From assembly GCF_009914755.1 (NCBI RefSeq), contig NC_060932.1: a stretch of 64,000 nt of DNA, one strand, 5' to 3'. Of this stretch, positions 42,970 to 61,429 are shown one piece after another; within the stretch, counting starts at the first letter, position 1, and the number at the start of each line of letters is the position of its first letter. Under the pieces are notes generated by a model. The model was not told the DNA's origin. It was given only the letters and a program-made list of their open reading frames with translations, and searched no databases. A program made the translations under genes and the position numbers. The stretch is from the human T2T-CHM13v2.0 reference genome, Homo sapiens.

Positions 42970-44609
42970 CTGTATAAAAAAAAGTCTAAGATTACAATTT
43001 TATACAAAGGTACCAATTTAAACTCTATTCACCATAATAACAGATTAACTATTATATCTTTAATATATACCATGTTTGCTCCAACTTATTGTCTCCAGAC
43101 ATCTTGGTATAGTTTTGCTCAGCACATGCTTATCATCAATGGTTTTTATTACCAATGAGAAGTCTTTCTTTTAAAAAAAAATACATTAAATACACTTAAA
43201 AGTCACTTTATTCTTTATGTCTCCCTAACCAATTGATTGTATTAATAAAGAATCCATTAGGTCTTTTAAAATAAGAAATTTATGTTTTCTTTTAAAACAT
43301 ATACTAGTTGATCTGCCATACACTCTGCTGTTTTATGCAAGTATTCCAAATGTCCAGTTCATCAAGGAAACTCCCTCCTCCCTCTTTTCTTTCTTTTAGA
43401 GAAAGGAAATACCATTTTGCCTCTGGAAAAGCTCTTAAACAAAGCTGCAGATCTAAGAATAAATCTTGAGTAAATTTTAAATGATATAATCTCTTACTTT
43501 TATGTGAGAGCAAGAAAAGTAACATTTAAAAAGCAGAACGGTATCCTGGACAAATGCTTTCTATAAGGACACTTTAAGTGATTAATTGTGATATTTATAG
43601 AGATAAGAATAGTTGCTCTAATTCTCATGCCAAGTTTTTCCATTAGTTCCAGAGGCATACATTACTTCCAAGAAGGTAGGACTTGCCACATAAGATCAAG
43701 TCCAACATCTTATTGCTAGGAATGGCCTTTACCTAATACCCTGGAAAAAAATGAACCATCCCATTAGGCTCCAAGCCAACTCATAGGGGAAAAGAGGAAT
43801 CTTTAAAAAGTAAATGCTGCAGTGATCAACAGAGACCTGAAATGGCGTATTTCATTACTCCTCTTTTCCATACATGAATGCTATTAGTAATACTAAAATT
43901 ATTCACTCCTTCTAAAATACAGTTTTGTTATTGAATTCTATAGCCTCTTGGGAGTGTAAATGTAAAATCTAGAGATACTTTATTTGATGAAACGCAGGCT
44001 TTTAAGACATTTTCATTTACATTTACCTGCCATACATTTAATTAAGTAATCCCCTGTTCCAATGTTAAGGGATCATGGCAGTTTTTATTATGAACTGAAG
44101 CTTAAATACTCCTCCTCCTCTATTAATCATACTTCTCAGTTATCTTTCTAAAACCTGAGTCAGTCCCAGTTCTTGAATATATATATTTCCATTTAGAAGG
44201 CTTTCTAAGTAAAAGTCACCCAATTAAGACACAATTTTTCAATAGAAGGCATAAAACTACTCTATTGTTAGAAGTTGCAATTGAGATTGTAGGTTAATAT
44301 ATATTGTTAATTAAAATTACCCTGTACCTCTCTAATCTTAAAAGATAACCAAATTGTGGATAAGAAAATGTTTTAATAAATATAGAGCTACTTTACTCAC
44401 TGCCAGTAGATAAATAATGGCTTTAGTATGAGCAAAAGGGGCCAGTGAAAATTTGGCTGAGTGATGCAAACTTTCAGGCTATTGGGAGTGGGAGTGAGGG
44501 ATAGACAGAGGCTACACTGATACAATGCTAAAACTGTCAGCAGTTTTAAATTTACTATTCAGCCCTTCTGCTCAACTTTGCTCTCATATCCAATTTGATC
44601 TTACTCCTT

Positions 44610-45490
44610 TCTGTCATGATATATTTCTTCTCACATCATTCATTTATGTGTCCAAAAAATGCCTTCTCTATGCCTGGCATTTGGACTGCAAAGATAAATA
44701 AGAACCATTCCCTGCCCTCAAAGAGGTTACAGTCTAATGGGAAAGTCAGACATGAGAACAATCACTTTCAATTTAGTGTGATAAGTGTTACAACAGAGGT
44801 AAAAACAAGGGAGAGAAGACGATACTGCAAAAAGCTCAGGAGAGAAAGCAGTAAGGGCCACTTATGAAACTACAATTATTTCAATTAGACTAGGGCAGAG
44901 ATGGCAGGGAGTGGTAAAAGATGTAGCTAGAGAGATATCTAGGAGTATGGACTTCATTCTGAGGGCAGTGGGAAGTATCTGAAATAGTTTTAAAATTATT
45001 ATTTGTAGAGACAGGATCTCACTATATTGCCCAGGCTGGTCTTGAACTCCTGGCCTCAAGCAATCCTCCTGCCTTGGCCTTCCAAAGTGCTGGGATTACT
45101 TACAGGTGTGAGCCAGTGTGCTGCGCCGGAATTGAAATATTTTAAGCAGAGAAGTGACATGATCAGATATACATTAAAAAAGGATTGCTCTGTCTGCCCT
45201 GAGTTGGATGGTTTGGAGAGAACCCAGAGGCCAGGAGTTTCTGTAATACATTATGAGTCATGTTGCAGATCTAAAGTGAGGTAGTTGAGTGGAGATGTGG
45301 ATAGAATGACAGATAACGAGGAGACAACTAGGTAAGTTTTAGGAACGGATTAGATACAGAGGTAAGGAAATGAAATAGAGGGAAGACATGGAGATGGCCA
45401 ACCAGATCTGTGGCTTGTATCCTGGGGTAGGAGGCAATGCCATTCTCTAAACTTCCTTGGGAAAACAGGAATAACAACAGATTCAGTGTG
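44610..45490 (+). mobile_element. L2 remnant interrupted by an Alu monomer (strand tentative)
   Basis: CATTCATT..., CCCTGCCCTCAA.GAG.TTACAGTCTA.TGGG, TTTTAAGCAGAGAAGTGACATGATCAGAT. Confidence 0.6.
44993..45128 (-). mobile_element. Alu left monomer
   Basis: Single antisense arm. Confidence 0.85.
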
Positions 45491-46591
45491 ATGTGGCCCC
45501 TAAATAAAGATTATTTATTTTCAGATGCTCTAACGTCCATATTTAAGATATATCTAGGACTCCCTTTTAGAAAATCAGGTAGAAGTCATAGGCTAGAAGA
45601 CTCCAATAAAATTCTTTGGTTACAGTCCCTGAAGAGTATACCAGAACCGAAAGGTATCGGCAGCTCCAGACATTTACCGTCAGACTCAAGGCCTTTGGTA
45701 TCGATGGGTAAGTCCTGGCCTGGTTACTAGAAAACCCAGGCTAGGTTAAGCTATCTCTAAGATCTTTTCATTAACAGATATTACCATTCTGACACCATGT
45801 TTCTCTATAGCACGTCCTCAATCATTCCTCTATATTTCTGCCTATTTTAATGCATAATTTGGATTGTGAGTCCACTTTTAGTTCCTTAGAGGACTTAGAA
45901 CACAGCTGGCTCTCAAATGAATCTAAGAATAATCGCCTTTTTCCATGCTCAAGGGCAATAATACCCTAAGTCTCTGTTTCATATCACTTCATTCATGACA
46001 TGGCCTTCCCTATTACCCCTATTATAATTTATTTTTCTTAATCATTTTTTAGTAACAACATCACTAAAAGGCTTTTTAAAATGCAAATAAATTATGTTCA
46101 CCAAGTCACTGTTTTCTATTATTTATCTTAAAAAGAAGTAACTTGAGCAGGTTAACAGGCACAATTTTCCTTTCATGAGTTTGTATACTTTATGTTGGTA
46201 GAGTTCTTAAATCTCTTCTCACTTATTTTATGAGCTATGTGAATATTCCAATCTTTAAAAATACACAAATCTTGGGACACACATATTTTACACATTTTTG
46301 TGGTAGCAGATATTTTAAAAGGAATTACCAATAGTGGAAAAGAAAGGAGGAATTAGCTGGAGGTTAACAAGTTAAAAACAAAAATGGTAACCATGGAAAG
46401 CCAAAAGGTAATATTTAATTTTATTTACTGTATATGATCACGAAAAAAACTGCATTTAAGTTACTAGCTTTTTATATTTCAGTCACATATGCAAAGATTA
46501 TTTAAATTAAATAGAATAAGTCCCAGTATTGGGAGGACTGGAACCTTGTCAAATATGAATAACGTACAAGCTTTAAAAGGATATCTATCTT

Positions 46592-46795
<204 letters not shown>

Positions 46796-46830
46796 TAAAA
46801 TATGCTTAGCCACATGCCCTGATCTCTTAC

Positions 46831-47010
46831 CTGTGCCTCTCTAAATACATATGGTCCTAACTCCTTCCGGTGTTCAATAATCTTCTGGGCTTGCTCTACT
46901 GGAATGTCAATTTGTAAAGCTGGTGGAATACTGGAATTAATAAAGCAGTTGATAATAGTTGTAATCTTCTTCTGGATGACAGACTCATCACAATGAGAAT
47001 GGCACAAGTC
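46831..47010 (-). CDS. RGS22: RGS22 coding exon (DLCHSHCDES...GPYVFREAQ), RGS domain
   Basis: ctgttcag|GAC...CAG|gtaaga; 180 nt = 60 codons; RGS-like 'I...FI...P.LQIDI' and 'VF.EAQ'. Confidence 0.95.
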
Positions 47011-47704
47011 CTGAACAGAAGGAAAGATAGAATGGTATATAATTAATGCATTACTAGAACACTTAATAGAACTGTATCAATATGTGTTTCAATTAATATA
47101 TGCATTTCAACTTTAGGTCAAGAAGGCAGTGGGATATTTCAAGGCTGTCTTTAAAAAATTACAGATTTTCTTTCTCTTGGATTTGAGGAACCTAAGACTT
47201 TGATACATCTACATTACATAAATACAGATTTCATATAATCCTGATCACTTATTCCTCTAGGCAAAGGAATGACATTAGTATCTACTTTGACTCATTTAAC
47301 AACCGTATAATGAGGGCCTGTTATATACCAGACACTGAGCTGAGCCTCAAGACACAGGCCCTACCCTTTTAAGGTTCAATCTCCACTGGAGGAGAAGTGT
47401 GAGAACATGTTGCTCCTATTTTGGATAGTTAATAAATGTTATGATAGAGGTATACATAGTATCCTAGGAGAACATTGAGAATAGGCACCTAACTCCACCT
47501 ACAGGTGGATATAAAAGCTTTCCCGTCCAGTCCTGCTTCTACGCCAAGGTGATTTAGGCTCAAAAAGGTACTGGGCATGCTGGTTGTCAACAGGTGTGCC
47601 ATTCTATATCTTTTATTATCTATGTTGTGTAGTTACCCTATTGTATTATCCTCTTTATAGATAACCTAAAATTAATGATCACACATTAAAATGAGCCACT
47701 TAAA

Positions 47705-48526
47705 AAATTGTCAACATTTATTTTAGACACGGGGGTACATGTGCAAGTTTGTTGTATGGGAATATTACGTGATGCTGAGGTTTGGGGTACAGATCCTGTC
47801 ACTTAGGTAGAGCGTAGTACCCAACAGGTAGGTTTTCAACCCACCCTCCCCTCACTACCTGTTCTAGTAGTCAGCAGTGTCTATTATTCCCATATTTATG
47901 TCCATGTGTGCCCAATGTTGAGCTCCCACTTATAAGTGAGAACGTGTGGATTTTGGTTTTCTTTTCCTGCATTAATTCTCTTAGGATAATGGCCTCCAGC
48001 TCCACCCACACTGCTGCAAAGGACATGATTTCATTTTTTTATGGCTATGTAGTCTTCCACGGTGTATATGTACCACATTTTCTTTATCAATCTACTACTG
48101 ATGGGCACCTGGGTTGATTCCATGTCTTTGCTATTGTGAATAGTGCAGTGATGAACATATGTGTACATTTATCTTTTTGGCAGAATTATTTATTCTCCTT
48201 GGGGTATACATCCAGTAATGGGATGGCTGGGTCAAATGGTAGCTCTGTTTTAATTTCTTTGAGAAATCTCCAGACTGCTTTCCACAGTGGCTGGACTAAT
48301 TTACATTCCCACCAATAGTGTGCAAGTGCCCCCTTTTCTCTGCAGCCTCACCAAGCAGCTGTTATTTTCTGACCGTTTAATAATAGCCATTCTGATTGGT
48401 GTGAGATGGTATCTCACTGTGGTTTTGATTTGCATTTCTCTGATGATTAGTGATGCTGAGCATTTCTTCATGTTTCTTGGCCATTTATATACCTTTTGAG
48501 AAGTATCCGTTCATGTCCTTTGCCCA
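47705..48526 (-). mobile_element. 5'-truncated L1 (old L1PA/L1PB) 3' end
   Basis: Antisense ORF2 end and 3' UTR; flanked by AAAATGAGC direct repeats (~47688 and ~48526). Confidence 0.85.
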
Positions 48527-48895
48527 AAATGAGCTAGTTTTAAAGTCACAGGTGTAGGACTATCATTTTTTAAAATAAAGAGGTAGTTTAGCTCAAATTA
48601 TGGCATTTCTCTGTCAAAGTCATTATTTTCCAAATCATCAGAAAGCAAATTTGGAAACTTCTCACTTTAGGCCCAGAAATGAACCAACATTTATTAAGTA
48701 CCCAGTATATGCTGGGCATTGTAATAGCTCTACTATGGATATTACAAAAGAAACAAAAATTCTGATGTCTTTCATGTAAAACTTTATATATAATTTGGTA
48801 TAAGTTAAGTGTGAAAAAAGCTTAATATAATGTTACATTGTGACAATTAGCACTTCATACTCAATTTAGCATCACCTTAGAATAAAGCCTATTTA

Positions 48896-49200
48896 GGCCA
48901 GGTGTGGTGGCTTATGCCTGTAATCCCAACAATTTGGGAGGCCGAGGTGGGCAGATGGCTTGAGCCCAGGAGTTTGAGACCATCCTGGGCAACATGGTGA
49001 AACTCTGTCTCTACAAAAATATACAAAATATTAGCTGGGTGTGGTGGTGCATGCCTGTAGTCCCAGCTACTGGGGAGGCTTAGGTGTGAGGATCACCTGA
49101 GCCCAGGGAGGTTGACGCTGCAGTGGGCCATTATCACACCACTGCACTCCAGCCTGGGCAACAGAGTAAGATGGTGTCTCAAAAAAAGAAAAGAAAAGAA
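48896..49200 (+). mobile_element. Alu (J-like)
   Basis: TSD AAAGCCTATTT. Confidence 0.95.
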
Positions 49201-49679
49201 AAAGCCTATTTTATATTATTCAATTAGCCTCCTAACTATGGAATATAAGGCTTGTGAAATAAAACAAATTTGTGAAGTATACAATTATAATTTTGAGTAA
49301 AAGGACAGCATTTGGTCAGAATTATAACTGATTTTTTTTTCTAATTGTTCTGCCCTGTTGTGCCATTAGCTTAGTTAACTCTTGCCTATTATTAAGGTCT
49401 GAGTTTAAGCATACTTTCCTCTAGTAAGCTTTCTGTGACTCTCAGTCCAGGAGAGATGTCCATCTCAGGTACTCCCATAGCACACTGTGCTTCTTCCCTT
49501 GTTGCACTAATCACACTCTTATAATTGCCTTGTCTACCACTCATTTGTCCTTCTTCTGATACTATATGCTCTAACAGGGTAGACTGTTTTGATCACAGTT
49601 GTATCCTCAGGATTTGGCCTGCCCCTTGGTAGGTGCCTAATAAATATTTGTTGGATAAATAAATCCTTCCAGTCTTTAT

Positions 49680-49681
<2 letters not shown>

Positions 49682-49719
<38 letters not shown>
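49682..49719. repeat. (AC)n microsatellite, about 19 units
   Basis: Uninterrupted AC run. Confidence 0.97.
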
Positions 49720-49721
<2 letters not shown>

Positions 49722-49979
49722 TAGATTAAACCATACTGATTTTTAGTAGCTAGTTTTTAAAAAAGATCAATGAGCAGAACATCTTTTCCCATCATTGATT
49801 ATTCTCCTGGAACATTTTTAACGGCTAGAGAATCTTCTACTATATAGATATATCGTAATTTAGTAACCAACGTCCTTGTTGTACAACTGGGTTCTTTCCA
49901 ACTTTTCACAATCCCGAGTAATGTTTGACTAAGATTACTCCAGCCATCTCTTTGTATATTACCACAATCAATACTGAGA

Positions 49980-50220
49980 AGCAGCACAGCTTAGTGGTTA
50001 AGGGCATGGGCTTTAGCAATAGAATGACCTGATTCAAAGTCTAGCTCTACCAGTTAATTAGCTGTGTGATGTCGGGAATTTCTTGGCCTTTCTGTGCATT
50101 AGTTTCATCTGTGAAGTGATGAGAATCACATCCTTGACCTCATGGGATTCTTGTGAGAATAAATTCATTATTACATGAAAAGCACTAAGACAATATCTGG
50201 CACATAGTAAACACTTAATA
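49980..50220 (+). mobile_element. MIR SINE
   Basis: GCAGCACAGCTTAGTGGTTAAG...AGCTGTGTGA...GTTTCATCTGTGAAGTG core. Confidence 0.8.
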
Positions 50221-50926
50221 AGAGTAAGCCCTATAAGAGTTAGCTCGGTTAGACTTTATCAAAGTGGAATAAATGCCTTCCAACTGGCAAACTCCCTCAT
50301 GGCCCAATGCAAGTGTCATCACTCTTGCTGAGACCTCCCTGACCTATTGTCCCCATACCCCATCATTCTCTCCTCTGTGCCAAAACCATACCTAGTCAGA
50401 ACATGCATCAGAATCAACATTATTTCCTAATATTTGTTCTCATGGATGTCTTCCTGCCTGAAAGAGGGCAGTGTGTTGTATTCACCTTTTTACGCCTACA
50501 ATTTAGCATAATAACATTTGATACTTAATAAATGTTTGTTATATGAACAAATTTACTCCTATAGCATGCTTTTTAATAGCTACCTAGTATTGTAAGTCTG
50601 TCATGCTATATTGTAGAAAAGATATTAAAATGGAGACCAAGGGCAGCCTTAAAGGAGAAAGTCATAAAACTAAGGGTTCACTGTGTATAAGTCTATAGTT
50701 GGTTTTTAAAATACCTATTTTACAAAGTTTATCTCATTACCTCTTGTCCTAGCAAAGTTAGACTTGTTCATATTCATATTAGCTTAAAGATAGTTCCACC
50801 CACCCATGATAAAAAAATTATCTATTGTGGAAAACACACTCTACCTCCTTTCTAATCTCAAAAAAATTATTTTAATATTGCTCATGTGAAAGATTGTGAA
50901 AAAACTTCTCTCAAATTTTTTTTTTA

Positions 50927-51132
50927 CCAGCCTGGGCATCATAGGGAGACCCCATCTCTACAAAAAAATTAAAAATTAGCCAGGCATGGTGGTGCATGCC
51001 TGTACTCCCAGCTACTTGGGAGGCTGAGGTGGGAAGATCGCTTGAGCCCAGCAGGTCAAGGCTGCAGTGAGCTGTCATTGTGCTACTGTACTCCAGCCTG
51101 GGCAACAAAATGAGACCCTGTCTCAAAAAAAA
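50927..51132 (+). mobile_element. 5'-truncated Alu (J-like)
   Basis: End of left arm, right arm and A tail. Confidence 0.9.
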
Positions 51133-51895
51133 ATTGTTTTTTAATATTATAGTCTCAGCTGAGAATAGTACAAAAACTGTTGATAACAGAAAAGGGTAGA
51201 AAACAATTTTACTGTATGTTGGAAAAGCTTGGAAATAAATTTTATTGAGCAACTACTAACTGTATGTTGAGCAACTGTATTAGTGTCATATAATATATAG
51301 TTATAGGCCATTTGAAAGCATTATGCTCCTAAATTGTTAATTTTTATTCCTCATGTTTACAATGGGATGGAATAGACTGCTTGCAAGGAAATGAGCCTGC
51401 TACCTCTGGGAGCATTTAAGCAAAGACTGAAATACCTTTCAGTATTTCTATACAACATTTCTTTATTCAAGTCTAGACAACATAACATGGAAAGTCCCTT
51501 CCTCCTCTTCAATGCAAAGATTCTGTATGATTACATTAAACACTTAACCCTGAAAATAAACTGTCTTTGTACCTAGCCATTTCTCTTTTACTTATTTTGT
51601 TAAGAATTTGGCTATTCTTTTTCATCTCTAATTCTTTCTAATTCTTTTCTCTTCTCTGTTGGTTTATTTATCCATAATCCAGTATCTTTGATTACTATTA
51701 CTATAAATATGGCTGGGAGGGATTCTTACAAAGAGATCTTGGTTGTATGGATACACCAAATATAGACATTGTTAGGAAAAAAATATGTACAGTACATTTA
51801 AGAGATAATTGATGTGTAGAAATATAGTTAAAACTCTCTGCAGGAAGGTTCTCATTAAATCTTATGTATGTTAATACCTGAAAAAAAACCTAATA

Positions 51896-52132
51896 CAGGT
51901 TGAGTATCCCTTATCTGAAATGCTTAGGACCAGAAGTGTTTTAGATTTTGGATTCTTTTTTGGTTTTGGAATATTTGTATTATACCTACTGGTTGAGCAT
52001 TCCAAACCCAAAAATCCAAAACCTGAAATACTCCAAGGAGCATTTACTTTAAGTATCATGTTGGCACTCAAAAAGTTTCAGATTTTGGAGCATTTCAGGT
52101 TTCAGATTTTCAGACTTGGAATGCCCAACCTG
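51896..52132. mobile_element. Tigger4a/MER46-type MITE
   Basis: TIRs CAGGTTGAGTATCCC...GAATGCCCAACCTG. Confidence 0.8.
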
Positions 52133-52352
52133 TGTTATCATTCCAGGGCTCACTCTTACTCTTCACTGTATAATAATAAATGTATCTAGAGATTGGACAA
52201 TAAACATCTCAATATTTATATACTGGTAGGAAGAAGATAGCAAAATTGGGATATCTTATACAAATCTTGTGCATAAAGTTAGTTAAAAATCTGACATTTT
52301 AATGCATTTCCTCCTCAAAACAGGTGGTTTTCTCTAGCTCCCAATACAATAC

Positions 52353-52514
52353 CTTATATTTTTGTACTTCTTGCCAAAAGAGTAAACCATTTTCCAATAA
52401 ATCTCCTTTTAGAGCCACAAAACGTTGAAATTGTCTTGAAGTAACTGGATTCAATAATGCTTTGCGAAAAGCAATGATTTTACAAGATGAAGAGATCCAC
52501 TTACTCTCCACAGG
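52353..52514 (-). CDS. RGS22: RGS22 coding exon (PVESKWISSS...ENGLLFWQEVQKYK), start of the C-terminal RGS domain
   Basis: ggacag|CCT...AAG|gtattg; 162 nt = 54 codons; RGS-type motif F..F...EN.L.FW.EV..YK; inside ORF 52299..52571. Confidence 0.95.
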
Positions 52515-54456
52515 CTGTCCAAAGCAGAGAATATAGGAAATTAGCTCATTAATTAGGCTAACAATTACCAACTTCTATCTCCTAAAATTTTGCCTGTTGA
52601 AATGCCTGGCATGGCTATAATAGAATTTCACAACATTTTCACCTATTCCTTTCTCTTTTGTCTCCTTTATATTTTTATGGCTTCATTTTTAGGAGGTAGA
52701 GTGAAAAAGAAATGACTAGATGATTTAGACCGTATGACTACAATGTTTAAAAATGTTAACAGTTATTACAGCTTGAGATTATGGTGAAAAACTACTTTTT
52801 AGTGCATTGTATGAGTTCTGTGCTTAAACAGAACAAAGTAATCATAATGTTATGATTATATGTTATTACATTATTTATTTTATTATTACATGTTATATAT
52901 TAATATATAATTCTCCTGCCTTTTAAAAAGTAAAAGTAGTTAAACATTTAATATTTCTCATTTTTAAGAAAAAATTATCAATTGATTCTATAAGTTAAAT
53001 AATTTACTATAGAGCTTCACTATAATTTTATCCTGAAAATATTATATTTTTAGATGAGACATCTTTATGTTATTTTTAATAAATTATGATTTAAAATAAT
53101 GATAACAAATAATGATTATTAATAAATTATTTTAATAAAATTCCTTTGACTGATGGTTTACTTTACATAACATAAAAGCTAGAAGCACCCATGGCATTTT
53201 AGTAACACCTAAAGGTATTTTTATCAACATTTATTTTATATCTTTACAATTTGGAAATATAAAATATCTACTTTTTAAAATTTTGCCCATTTAAAATCAC
53301 ATATTCAACCCCATTTAGCCTTTCAGATTGAAAACATAAGAAATCGATTTTATTGAATTCACTAAATAGATTTTAATATTTAAGTTTCCCAAAGCTGATT
53401 TTTAGCTTACAACCATGCAAGGAAGTATCATTCCAAAGACAATGATTTAGATGGATTTAGCAACACATAAAATAAATTCCTTGAAACAAATATGTGACCA
53501 TCAATTTAAGTGTTTAGAGAGTTATATTTTTAAAAAGTGCCATGGTAACACAAAGGAAGGAGTAACTAATTCTGCCTGGAGGAGTAAAACCTTTACAGAG
53601 AAGGGCCTTGAGGATGACATCTGAGTTGGAAACTGAAAAGTGAAGGCAACTCCAGGCAGTCTAGATGAATGGTGGTGCCATTAACCCGGATAAAGTGAAT
53701 AGATGTCCATCACTATTTTAGTGAGACACATGTCATGTTCTGTGGACAAAAAGTTAAGACCCCCACCATATGGTCCATATTAAAATTATAGCCCTACAAA
53801 TAGGAACAACTATGTATTAGACTGGGACGTTTATTTAAAACCCACTCAGCAAATAATATTTTAAGATCTGCTTAAGATACTAAAACTTAGAAATTTAAAA
53901 CCTGTAATTTAAACAAAATAATAAAATATATGTAATAATTATATAAAAATAATTCCATTCTATGTAATTTTCAATCAAAATTATAGCAAAAAACAAACAT
54001 TAAAAAAGTTTCTTTCTTTTCAAGAGGAAAATACACAAAAGAGCATATTAACAGTTACATACATTCCTCCAATATTCAAATAAACATCTATTTTTGTTAG
54101 TTAGCAGAGGGTCACCTAGGTCTAGTTGGACATTTTATTAGGACCTGCAGAAGGATAAATACACATAAAACTTATAAGCTCAAAAGGAAGACTACGTTTA
54201 TCATGCTTGTTACAAAGTAAAATAGGCCATTTCTAGCCAGGTATTATATTGTAGTGGTTTTAAGTCACCAAAATGATAGTTATCTTAATTCTTTTAAAGC
54301 TAAAATTCTATCTTTTTGCTTTTAATATTTTTATTTCTATTTCAATTTGATTTGATTTTTTATGTATGCTCCTGCTCGGCAAAGTGCCCTTGTAAGGATG
54401 CCTGAGAGCAGCGTACAGTTATGATTAAAATGCAGTTCTAAATAGAAGGGATAATG

Positions 54457-54740
54457 TGCCAGGTGTGTTGGCTCACGCCTGTAATCCTAGCAGTTTGGGA
54501 GGCCTAGACAGGTGGATTGCCTGAGCTCAGGAGTTCAAGACCAGCCTGGGGAACATGGCAAAACCCCATCTACACCAAAATTGCAAAAAATAAGCCAGGT
54601 GTGGTGGTGCGTGCCTGTAATCCCAACTACTGGGGAGTTTGAGGCACGAGACTTGCTTGAACCTGGGAGGCAGAGGTTGCAGTGAGTTGAGATTGTCCCA
54701 CTTTATTCCAGCCTGAGCGACAGAGCGAGACTCTGTCTCT
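54457..54740 (+). mobile_element. Alu (S-like)
   Basis: Dimer whose tail is replaced by (AGAT)n. Confidence 0.93.
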
Positions 54741-54756
54741 AGATAGATAGACAGAC

Positions 54757-54805
<49 letters not shown>

Positions 54806-54839
54806 TAGATAGATAGATAGACAGATAGACAGACAGATA
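54741..54839. repeat. Compound (AGAT)n/(AGAC)n tetranucleotide STR
   Basis: About 100 nt, with AGAC and AT interruptions. Confidence 0.95.
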
Positions 54840-55061
54840 AATGAAAGTCATAATGTAAGACGATTTAACCTGCTGATTCTGCTGCATGCTACTCATTTGT
54901 TGAGTAATTTACTCTCAATAATAAACTGTCATATGTTGGAATGCACAGCTTGTCTCAGTAAATCCATGACATGCAGAATAAAGAAAAATACATACTTAAG
55001 GCAATCACACACTTCTAAGGTTGAGCAGGTCAAGGATTTCTTTAAGAATAGAGCTCCTTAT

Positions 55062-55180
55062 TCAGGAGGCGAAGGCAGGAGGATCACTGGAGCCCAGGAG
55101 TTAGATGTGATAATGAGCTATGATCATACTACTGCACGGTAGCCTGGGCAACAGAGCAAGACCCTAATAATAAAAAATAA
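55062..55180 (+). mobile_element. Alu right-arm fragment
   Basis: CAGGAGGCGAAGGCAGGAGGATCAC...CTGGGCAACAGAGCAAGACCC. Confidence 0.85.
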
Positions 55181-55206
55181 TTTTTTAAAAAAGAACAGAG
55201 TTCTGA

Positions 55207-55430
55207 ATTCCAAGGGCCGATGGGAAGCCTCTAGCAGGGGACTCTGGCCTTGCAGAAGGACCCTGTTTCCCATTTCTTCCCCCTGCCTTTTCACCCAATA
55301 AAACCCAGCTTTATTCACCCTTTAAGCCATCTCCAAGCCTAAATTTTCCTGGCCGTGGGATGGACAAGAACCCAGTCTTTAGCTGAACGAAGGAAAAGTC
55401 CTGCAACATTCTTGGCATGCAACGTGGGGG
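55207..55430 (+). mobile_element. ERV1 LTR 3' part (MER52/LTR1-group-like) plus PBS, inside the L1 target-site duplication
   Basis: AATAAA 55297-55302; ends AGCTGAAC.AAGGAAAAGTCCTGCAACA at 55408; TGGCATGCAACGTGGGGG at 55413-55430 matches the tRNA-Lys1,2 PBS at 14/18. Confidence 0.8.
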
Positions 55431-55536
55431 CTCTTGAAGAGATGTATCAGAATTCCACAATGCATATGGTTCTTGGGCAAGTCACTGAAACGTGGGTCAG
55501 ATGTTGAAAGCTGCTGTACTATGATGTGAAAATAAA

Positions 55537-61163
<5,627 letters not shown>

Positions 61164-61360
61164 AAAAAAGAACAGAGTTCTGATAGAGTCACATTTTCCT
61201 CCAAATTCCATTCATCAATTAAAAACAGTATCAGTGCTCAGTTGTCAGTTTAGAAAACAGTGTGTCCTCAGTGAGGATTTTTGAACAAGAAAGGGAAAGA
61301 AAAACAATACTTTGACAGAGCAAAACTTACAAGAGGAAGAATATAACAAACATTACTTGC

Positions 61361-61429
61361 CTTCCAGACCCCGATTTTCTTTTCAGCCTTCTGTAGTAAG
61401 AGCTCTTCTGCTATGTCTTTCATCTGTAC
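61361..61429 (-). CDS. RGS22: RGS22 coding exon (VQMKDIAEELLLQKAEKKIGVWK), 69 nt, phase 0/0, GC donor
   Basis: Minus strand reads tttgctttcag|GTACAGATG...GTCTGGAAG|gcaagt; 23 codons join in frame to PVESKW of the next exon. Confidence 0.88.

Noticed and set aside
43304-43525. 73-aa minus-strand ORF in unique intronic DNA as an extra RGS22 exon
   Set aside because: Flanking exons already join in frame (EAQ|MTIF); no convincing splice-site pair or homology recognised
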